Source of the DNA: Welwitschia mirabilis
Taxonomy: Eukaryota
Reading direction: 5' to 3'
Assembly (NCBI GenBank): GCA_051453625.1
Contig: JBOZIK010000001.1
Location: 46,241,276-46,303,711, forward strand
DNA: 62,436 bases
The first letter of the stretch is position 1; each line of letters begins with the position of its first letter. The notes beneath the pieces were generated by a model that worked only from the letters and a program-made list of their open reading frames with translations, did no database searches and was not told where the DNA came from. Of the stretch, positions 53,265 to 62,436 are shown piece by piece. A program made the translations under genes and the position numbers.

Positions 53265-54169
53265 AGAGATGTCCGAGAATTATCATCGGGACGTCTAACC
53301 CTACACGCGTTTAAATATATGGGGACGCCTGAGCTCTATTTCAGGGACGTTTGGACCTGTACACAGGAAGCAAGTATGGGGATGTCCGAGATCACTATCG
53401 GGATGCCAATTCGGCCAAATCTATGGGAACATCCGAGCTCTGAAATGGGATAGCCGAGATCCTTCTCGGTTTTGATAGGAATTTGGCATTACAACCAGGA
53501 CGTCCGGTCTAAAAGAATGGGACGTTCGGCTCAGTGAATGTTGAAGTGGAAATATAACCATTGTAGACGCCAAAGAGACGCTTTTGAAATCCAAATGGCT
53601 AAGGTTGTGTAATAAATGGTTAGGAATTCAAATTTAAGGCTCCAACAGCTATCTTGTTACCCTTAAGCTATAAAAAGCTATATTCTCATCTTGTAATGAC
53701 TAATGCTTCAATAATTGTATGTACTAAACTCTGAGATTCATGTATAATCTAAACTACACTAAGATATCTATTGTATTTGGAGATCCTGCTATCACTTGTG
53801 GATGTACTGTGCTGAACACACTCACACCATCAGATCTCTTGCGATCTAAAGTTTTTAGTGGCTCATTAGAGTGAGCCTGTGTATCTTGTGTGAAGGGATT
53901 GGTTTGTAACCCTTGGATAAGAGTGATGTAATGTGCCCAAATTGTTGGATGTTTTAAAGGAACCAGGAGGCTGGAAGCACGTTGCTATCCTCTATGAGTG
54001 GAGTAGGCAAGAATTGCTGAACTACTAGAAATCTGGTGCACTTGTTATGTGCTTCCTTTTGTGCTTCTTTATTTTATTTCTATTTGTGTTCAGATCTGAA
54101 TTTATTGTTATTACGAAGTAGTTTTAAAATACCTTATTCAACCCCCTAGGGTGCCTTTTGATCTTAACA
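53265..54169 (+). repeat. 5' LTR of Sirevirus B, missing its first ~150 bp
   Basis: Aligns with 62070-62436, has GGGACGTCC repeats and TATAAAAA at ~53669, ends CAACCCCCTAGG...TTAACA, and is followed by a decayed PBS TAGTATTAGAGC (54172-54183). Confidence 0.9.
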
Positions 54170-54232
54170 ATTAGTATTAGAGCCTGGTTGCTCTAGATTA
54201 GTGTATTCGTGTGCTCTTTTTCAAGTAGATTC

Positions 54233-57200
54233 GTGGCATCCTCAAGTTACTCAGAAGGATATGCAGTATCTAGATCAACCTTCTTTGACAAAAACAACTA
54301 CGCCCACTAGAAATATAAGATGAGAATCTTTTTAACATCCCTCCATCTAGACATTTGGGATTTGGTAGAGTTCAAATATCAACCTCCTACAAGGATTAAT
54401 GCAAATGGAGGATTTACTCTAAAATCTAGATGCGAATAGGATGAAGATGATAAGAGACTAATCCAAAATAATGCCAAGGTTATGAATACTATAATTTGTG
54501 CCTTATCAACCGAGGAGTACGACAGGATTGTGTAATGTACCAGTGCCAAAGAAATGTGGGAAACTCTGAAAGTGGCACATGAAGGGATGAACACCGTAAA
54601 AAATTCAAAGCTCCAGCTACTTGCCACCAAATTCAAAAATATNNNNNNNNNNNNNNNNNNNNNNNNNNNNNNNNNNNNNNNNNNNNNNNNNNNNNNNNNN
54701 NNNNNNNNNNNNNNNNNNNNNNNNNNNNNNNNNNNNNNNNNNNNNNNNNNNNNNNNNNNNNNNNNNNNNNNNNNNNNNNNNNNNNNNNNNNNNNNNNNNN
54801 NNNNNNNNNNNNNNNNNNNNNNNNNNNNNNNNNNNNNNNNNNNNNNNNNNNNNNNNNNNNNNNNNNNNNNNNNNNNNNNNNNNNNNNNNNNNNNNNNNNN
54901 NNNNNNNNNNNNNNNNNNNNNNNNNNNNNNNNNNNNNNNNNNNNNNNNNNNNNNNNNNGACAACCTTGATGAAGATCTAGCTCTCCTCACCAAAAATTTC
55001 AAATGGTTCTTACGCAAGAAGAAGGATTCAAAATTTCTAAACGGTCGTTGAAAGGTAAAAAGAACAAAGGTAAGAAATCTTCTTAATCAATCCAATGTTA
55101 TAAATGCAAAGGCTTTGGTCATCTAGCTACATATTGTGCAAACAACAAAAAAGACAAAAAAGACAAGGGAAAGAAAGTATTCAAATCTACATGGGATGAG
55201 TCAGATGATGAACAAATTAGCTCAAGTAATGAGGATGACATGGTGAATTTTGGGATTCTTGCCGTAACAGACGAGGTAAGTACACCCACTTCTTCTAGTC
55301 AATTGAATATTGATATTTCTTATAGCTCTAGACATGAATTTTCTGAAAATGTCTCTCTTGCTTATGACAATATAGATGTCGATGAAATTTTAGACGCTTA
55401 TAAGAAATTATATTCTTTTAGCGTAAGCCTAGGAAAGAAAAGTGCTTCATTTAGGAAAATGATTAATATCTTAGAATGTAAATTAAAAGAGGCAAATTCA
55501 AAAATTAACTCCTTAACCCTTGAACTTCAAGACGCTAAAGTTATAGAAACCCGCTTAACAAGAGGAAATGATAATCTAAACAAAATGTTGGGTTCTAGAT
55601 GCAATCCTTAGGATAAGTCAGGGCTTGGCAGTAATAAAACTAGTTCTCATGTCTTACAAAACGATGGGCCTAGCACAAAATATAAAACTTTTGCCAAAGC
55701 CCACCTCAAGTGTTATTTTTACAACAAACATGGTCACATTCAATTTGCTTGTCCTTATAAGAAATTGCTTTAATTCAATTTAAACTATAGTTTTAGATTT
55801 ATCAGAAAAACCCCTCAACCCTTTCAACATTGACAAGTCAAACTGCAATGGGTTAGAAAGAAGTTTCCCCCACTCTTTATGCATGCAACATTTAAATCCC
55901 GAGAATGAACTAGGTGGTATTTAGATAGTGGGTGTTCAAGGCACATGATAGGAGATAAAAACCTACTTTCATCTTTTGAAGAGTATAACGGAGTTGGTGA
56001 TTATAGTAAGAGGTTCATTGTTGGAAAGGACACTGTGAATGCTAATGATAATCATCGAACTATTCATGATGTGTACCTAGTAAATGGCTTGAAACACAAG
56101 CTTCTGAGTATATCCTAAATATGTGATAGGTGCAATATTATATCCTTTCACCAAAACAAGTGCGTTATACGTAATACTATCACCAACAAAGTTGTACTCA
56201 CTAGCAGTAGATCTCAATACATGTATGTTATCGGAAAGAAAAACATCAAGTCAAGTAAGGATTGTTATTTTTCCAAAAATGATGATATCAATTTTTGGCA
56301 TAAGAGACTGGTTCATAAATCTCCAAGGATTTAACCAAGGTCTCTTCAAAAGAAATTGTGAAAGGTGTTCCAAAACTCAATATGAATCAAGCAAAGATGT
56401 GTAAGTCATGTATCAAAGGAAAATAACCAAAACTCATTTCAAAAGCAAAACCCTCACAACCACCATGAGACCACTAGATCTAATTCATATAGATCTGATT
56501 GGACCTGTTCAAACTAGGAGTATTGGAGGCAAAAGATAATTTTTAGTCATAGTTGACGATTCCTCCTGCTTCTGTTGGGTCTCTTTCTTATTTAGTAAGG
56601 ACGAAGCATTTGATGCGTTTGTCAAAATATGTAAAAGAATTCATAATGAGAAAGGTTACATCCTTAAGATCACTCCATCAGATAGAGAAGGTGAGTTTGT
56701 TAATGAAAAATTTGAAAGTTTTTATGACTCACATGGCATATCTCGTCGACTCTCAGCTCCGAGAACTCCTCAACAAAATGGGGTAACTGAAAGAAAAACA
56801 GAGTTCTAATAGAAATGACTAGGACCATGATAAATGACAAAGTGTTTCCTCAACATTTTTGGGCAGAAGCTATCAATACTGCTTGTTACATTAGCAACAG
56901 AGTTTTTCTAAGACCAACTACAGATAAAACACCTTATGAGTTGTGGAATGGAAAGAAACCTAGCGTAAGTTACTTCAAGGTGTTTAGAAGCAAATGTCTA
57001 ATTCTCAAGGACAAAGGAGAAGATGAAAAATTTAAATCTAAAGCCGATGAAGGAATATTTCGGATATTCCACGACAGGAAAAGCATACAGGGTTTATAAC
57101 AAAGTATCCTGTAGAGTTGAAGAAACAGTTCATGCCAATATTAATGATAACTATAACATTAAACCAATACTTGATGATAGTGAAAATACTATTCTTGTTG

Positions 57201-58929
57201 AACCCACCTATTCTAAAATCAACAATAATTCTTCCACGAATGAAAAAGAGNNNNNNNNNNNNNNNNNNNNNNNNNNNNNNNNNNNNNNNNNNNNNNNNNN
57301 NNNNNNNNNNNNNNNNNNNNNNNNNNNNNNNNNNNNNNNNNNNNNNNNNNNNNNNNNNNNNNNNNNNNNNNNNNNNNNNNNNNNNNNNNNNNNNNNNNNC
57401 TAAAACTTTCCAAGAAGCTGAGCAAGATGAATCATGGATGTTGGCCATGCAATAGGAATTAAACCAATTTGAACAAAATCAAGTTTGGGATCTAGCGCTT
57501 CATCCAAAGAGTAAACACATAATTCAAACTAAATGGATTTTTAAGAATAAGAAGGATGAAAATCACAATGTTATTAAAAAAATAAAGCAAGACTAGTAGC
57601 CCAAGGATATAGTCAGTAAGAAGAGATAGACTATGGGGAAACCTTTGCCCCTAGTAGCTAGACTTGAAGCCACTAGAATGCTGCTGGCTTTTGCCTGTTA
57701 TCACAAGATAAGACTATCAAATGGATGTTAAAAGGGCCTTCTTAAATGGTTACATTACAGAGGAAGTTTATGTGGCTCAGCCGCCGAGATTTGTTGATTC
57801 GAAATATCCAAATCATGTGTATAAACTCAACAAGGCCTTATATGGTCTCAAACAAGCACCTTGTGCGTAGTTTGAGAGATTAACCTCCTGCTTAGTAACC
57901 AATGGATTCTCAAAAGGGGGGTGCTAATCCAATTTTATTCATTAAAAGGGAAGAAAACAATATGCTCATAGTTCAAATCTATGTAGATGATATTCTGTTT
58001 GGAGCAACCAAGGATAGCCTCGCAATCAAATTTGGAAAACTCATAAAAATGAATTTGAAATAAGTCCCATGGGTGAGTTATAGTTCTCTCTTGAACTCCA
58101 AGTTAAACAACTAAAAGATGGAATCTTTATAAGCCAAACCAAATATATTCAAGAGATGCTAGAGAGATATAAGATGAACAATGTCAAAGATACTAAAACC
58201 CCACTCTCTACAAACATCAAATAGGGAAAATATGACAATGGTAAGGATGTCAATCAGAATCTTTCTTAAGGGATTATTGATAGCCTCTTGTATGTCACAA
58301 CAAGTAGGCCCGATATAGCACACAGTGTAGGAGTCTATGCTCGCTATCCAGCTAACCCAAAGGAATCTGATTTTACTTACATGAAAAGGATTCTAAGATA
58401 CCTGAAATCAACTCAACATTATGATCTTTGGTATCCCTTCGACACCTCCATAGAATTAGCTAGGTATAGTGACACCGATTGTGCAGGCGGTGTAGATTAT
58501 CGCAAGAGTGCTAGTAGAGCATGTTTTTATATAGGAAATTGCTTAGTATCTTGGCTCAGCAGAAAACAAAACTTTACATCTCTCTCGACCACAGAAGTCG
58601 AGTACATTGTTGTAACAGCCTGCTGTGCTCAACTTTTATGGATGAAACAAATGCTCTCAGATTTTGGTGTAAAATCAGATTTGATAAAATTGTTTTGTGA
58701 CAATATAAGTGACATAAACATCACGAAAAATCCAGTCCAACACTCGAGAACCAAACACATTGATATTAGACATCACTTCATCAGAGAGAAGGTGCAAAAT
58801 AAAATAATCGAACTAGAACATGTGTTAATTCATGATCAAATCATTGATGTAATGACTAAAAGCTTATCCAAAAAAAGGTTTACTTATCTTAGAAGAAATC
58901 TAGGCATAGGGCCTTGTCCTTTCTCCTAG
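54233..58929 (+). pseudogene. pol: gag-pol pseudogene of Sirevirus B
   Basis: MWETLKVAHEG, CYKCKGFGHLATYC knuckle (~55095), WYLDSGCSRHM (55915), FWAEAINTACY, IYVDDILFG (~57977), SRPDIA...YSDTDCAG...SWLSRKQ...HSRTKHIDIRHHFIRE (58288-58929). Multiple stops and frameshifts. Confidence 0.95.
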
Positions 58930-59694
58930 TAAATCAGTTGCTATTTGACTAGTTGTGTCTTTCTGAGAAAATTTATCATTAATGTAATTTTAATTGTCTT
59001 TTTGTGAACTTCTTCTCTTTTTGGATGTTTTCTAAAATTTGCTTTTTTCTTGCACTTGGACGTCTCGACTTTGCATCCGACGTCCCGAGCCTGGTAGTAA
59101 CCCAAACATCCCATCTCCGTTCTCAGATGTCCGACCTTTTTTTGTTTATTAAAAAAAAGAAAAGGAGTTGCAACCCAGACGTCCAACCTTAACATCCTGG
59201 ACGTCTACTCATAACGTGAATGCAACCCTAGCAGGACGCTTGTCGTTCCTTCCTCCTTTATAAACCAATTCTTCTGTCTTTTTCCTCATTTCTTTTGCCT
59301 TGGCTACCTTTTGTTTCTCTCTAAAGTCTGAAGCTGAGTTTCACCATAATCAGAAGCAAGATTGAAGTGTCCAAGAAGGGGAAAGAGCCCAAATCTAAGT
59401 TAGAGTGGTTCTTATCTTCAAAACANNNNNNNNNNNNNNNNNNNNNNNNNNNNNNNNNNNNNNNNNNNNNNNNNNNNNNNNNNNNNNNNNNNNNNNNNNN
59501 NNNNNNNNNNNNNNNNNNNNNNNNNACGTCCTACTTAAAAATCCCGGACATCCGCTCATTAACGCGGACATAACCCTAGTGGCACGCGCACCATTCTTTC
59601 ACCCTTTTGTAAACCAGACTTTCTTCCTTTTTCATTCATTTTCTCCTCTCTTGCCTATCTTGTCTTCCCTCTGAAGTCTGGAGCCTAGTTCATC

Positions 59695-60690
59695 ATAGTC
59701 AGAAGCAAGAGTGGAGCCTCCAGGAAGGGGCAAGAGCCTGAATCTGAGTTAGAATGGATCTCCTAAATACAGAAAAGCTTGGTTTGATGGTTACAATAAG
59801 AGACCTTTAGCATCTGAACGTCAAATAGATTTTTAGTCCTTCAAAAGAGAGGTCTCAAGTCTTGATAAATTTGAAGAGCAAGCCTAGCAGTACACATTAG
59901 ACCCAGATACCTAGGCATCCACTATAATGGTATGTCTATTTTATTGCAATGCCCATTTTGATTCTTCAAACTGGGTCATTACCACCAAGGTATGTGGTAG
60001 AAGAGTTGATGTAGACCTAGAGTCAACATTTCTAGTTACAAATTTTCCAAATGAAGGTATGTTTAGAGAAATTACTTCTTTCAGCTCTTTAAAAGAAGCA
60101 GTTTCTCTTGAAGTCTTGACAACAAAACTTTATAGGATCAACTTTCATTGGCGTTCCAACCTTCCCACAAACAAGTTTCTCTTGAAGTCTTGTTTATGCA
60201 TATATTTTGTTCTATCTTAGCACAGGAATTCATATAAATCTGTGTAAATTTATTATGTTCTATATGAGTCAGTTTATTCCAGCCGGTTACAGTACTCTTC
60301 CTTTCCGCGGCTTAATTACAGCTATTTTAGAGAATCATGATTTTGCCATTCAGAAAGATGAAGAGATGATAAAGGTACCCAAGCCTCTTGGGCTTTACTC
60401 ATTAAAGAAAATGAACATTCTTTCTGAAATCATGGTCTCTCTCCTCCTCCAAAGAAGAAACAACGAACAGAGGAATTACCAATTCAGGCCAGGTGAGCAA
60501 TGAAGACTTAATGAAGGAACTTCTTGCAGTGAAAGAGAGAGCTTTTCAGGCTTAGAAGACCACAGACAAATTGTGTAGAAGAGTAGACCGTATAGTATTT
60601 GGTTTGTCTGCATATGGTTTGGAGATTCCTCCTAGGTCAGAGGAAGAAGAGGAGGAACCTGTAGCTTCTGAGCATGATGATTCGTCTTCC
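59695..60690 (+). pseudogene. Accessory ('env-like') ORF of Sirevirus B, disrupted
   Basis: Fragments MVCLFYCNAHF...TKVCGRRVDV...FPNEG and INLCKFIMFYM...LPFRGLITAIL with an acidic C-terminus. Lies between the pol stop and the PPT cluster. Confidence 0.75.
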
Positions 60691-61177
60691 TCGTCTTCAT
60701 GTCCTCTCATTCTCTTTCCTTTTGTACTTCATTTGCTTATCTCAATTTTGTGTTGTACATTCAAATATCAAAACTCAGTTGGAATTACACGTGTAATGAA
60801 TACAATATTTTCACTTTCCCTCATCTCAAATCTCTGTGTGTTTTCTTTTTTTATTATTTACTTTTTAGTAATGACAAAAAGGGAGAAGATACTAGACTTT
60901 ACAGATTGATTTATTTACTTCAATTACGAATTCAGGTAATAAAATATGCTTTGCAATTCTGAAATATTGCATTTATCTCTAACAATTCTCAGGCTATGAT
61001 GTATGCTTTTAATTTTGATAAAACACTGCTGCACTAAACTATTTGCAAAAACCTTTCATTTGTTATCAATTCATGCAGATCACAGGTCAATCAAGGAGCA
61101 CAACTTCAGGGAAAGCAATCCACTCTCTCTCTTAACAAATTTGTGAACAAGGTTGTCATCATTGAAAAGTGGGAAAT

Positions 61178-61508
61178 TGTGGAAGAATCGATGGAAGCAT
61201 CTAAGGTTTCAATGATGTCTAAGTCTGGACATTGGCTTCCCCAAAATCTTCAAAATCTGAAGTTGTGCCAACCGGGACGTCCAGCCTACTATATGAGACG
61301 TCTACCCTGTACGAGATAAAATGTATGGGAATGTCCGAGAATTATCAATGAAACGTCCGACCCAATACGCAGTAAAATATATGGGGACGTCTGAGACGTT
61401 CGGACCTGTACACGGAAAGCAAGTATGGGGACGTCTAAGATTGCTATCGAGACGTTAGATACTGTATTCGGCCAAATCTATGAGGACGTCCGAGCTCTGA
61501 GATAAGAC
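61178..61508 (+). repeat. Start of the 3' LTR of Sirevirus B, interrupted at 61509 by unrelated TGTTG-starting sequence
   Basis: PPT GAAAAGTGGGAAA then TGTGGAAGAATC. Aligns with 61918+. Confidence 0.85.
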
Positions 61509-61680
61509 TGTTGATATGTGAAGCCAAATATATTATTTATATTGTAAATGTTATGTTTTAACATTGACCCCTATTTAAGGNNNNNNNNNNNNNNNNNNNN
61601 NNNNNNNNNNNNNNNNNNNNNNNNNNNNNNNNNNNNNNNNNNNNNNNNNNNNNNNNNNNNNNNNNNNNNNNNNNNNNNNN

Positions 61681-62436
61681 AATATTACACTTCCAATTCT
61701 AAAATATTGCACTTATCTCTGACAATTCTCAAGCTACGATGTATACTTTTAATTTTGATAAAATAGTACTGCACTAAATCATCTGCAAAGGCCTTTTATT
61801 TGTTATCATTTTCATGTGGATCACAGGTCAATCAAGGAGCACAACTTCAGGGGGGGTAATCCACTCTCTCTCTTAACAAATTTCTGAACAAGGCTATCAT
61901 CATTGAAAGGAGGAGATTGTGGAAGAATCTGTGGAAGCATCCAAGGTTTCAATGATATCTAAGTCTGGGCATTAGCTTCACCAAAATCTTAAAAATATGA
62001 AGTTGTAACAATTGGGACGTCCGACCTGATATATGGAACGTTCGCCCCTGTACATGGTAAAATGTATGGGGACGTCCGAGAATTATCATTGAGACGTCCA
62101 ACATTAATGCGGTAAAATTTATGAGGACGTCCAAGCTCTGTTTCTAGGACGTCTGGACCTGTACATGGGAAGCAAAGATGGGGACATCCGAGATCGCTAT
62201 CGGGACGTCCGACACTGTATTCGGCCAAATCTATAAGGATGTCCAAGATCTGAAATGGGACGTCCGAGATCCTTCTCCATTTTAACAGGAATCTGGTGTT
62301 ACAACCGAGACATTTGACCTAAAAGAATGGGACGTTTGGCTCAGTGAATGTTGAAGCGGAAATATAACTGTTGTAACTGCCAAAGTGATGCTTTATAAAA
62401 TCTAAACAACTAGGGTTGTGTAATAAACTGCTAGGG
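61681..62436 (+). mobile_element. Second copy of the Sirevirus B 3' UTR, PPT and LTR (LTR starts at 61918 and runs off the window)
   Basis: 61700-61917 aligns to 60960-61177, with PPT GAAAGGAGGAGA then TGTGGAAG. Confidence 0.88.

Larger units (their letters stand above)
53265..61508 (+). mobile_element. Sirevirus-type Ty1/Copia element B, near complete
   Basis: 5' LTR (truncated), PBS, gag-pol, accessory ORF, multiple PPTs, then a 3' LTR starting at 61178. Its LTR end is related to that of Sirevirus A. Confidence 0.92.

Noticed and set aside
58288..58929. 213-aa open frame as a possibly domesticated or active gene
   Set aside because: It is the RT/RNase H tail of a pol with many upstream stops and has altered conserved residues (DTDCAG for DADWAG).

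Overview
Very AT-rich land-plant genomic DNA made almost entirely of old, nested and heavily C>T/G>A-decayed retrotransposons, with about a dozen assembly N-gaps. I see no intact protein-coding gene, RNA gene or CRISPR array. In order: an Athila-type Ty3/Gypsy (+, ~850-8979); an L1-clade LINE (-, ~10.5-17.9 kb) with a diverged ~1.5 kb duplicated segment across a gap; Del/Tekay-like LTR sequence whose PBS and PPT are only ~120 bp apart (21.4-21.5 kb); and a three-level nest in which a Tat/Ogre integrase is split by a Sirevirus-type Copia (23275-38402, perfect CCACC TSD) that itself holds a second Athila (-). These are followed by a spliced RING-finger pseudogene (-, ~41.1-42.0 kb), a ~37-bp hairpin-unit tandem array (42.5-42.96 kb), a three-LTR Sirevirus complex with an apparently chimeric LTR (42962-48736), a Tat pol with dual RNase H (48.9-53.2 kb), and a second near-complete Sirevirus (+, 53.3 kb to the window end) with an accessory ORF. 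I cannot demonstrate a new biological system. The best leads are the minimal-internal LTR element, the chimeric LTR complex, the hairpin array, the accessory ORF shared by Gypsy and Copia elements with its own apparent promoter, and the RING pseudogene. All alignments and translations were done by eye, and boundaries marked ~ are approximate.
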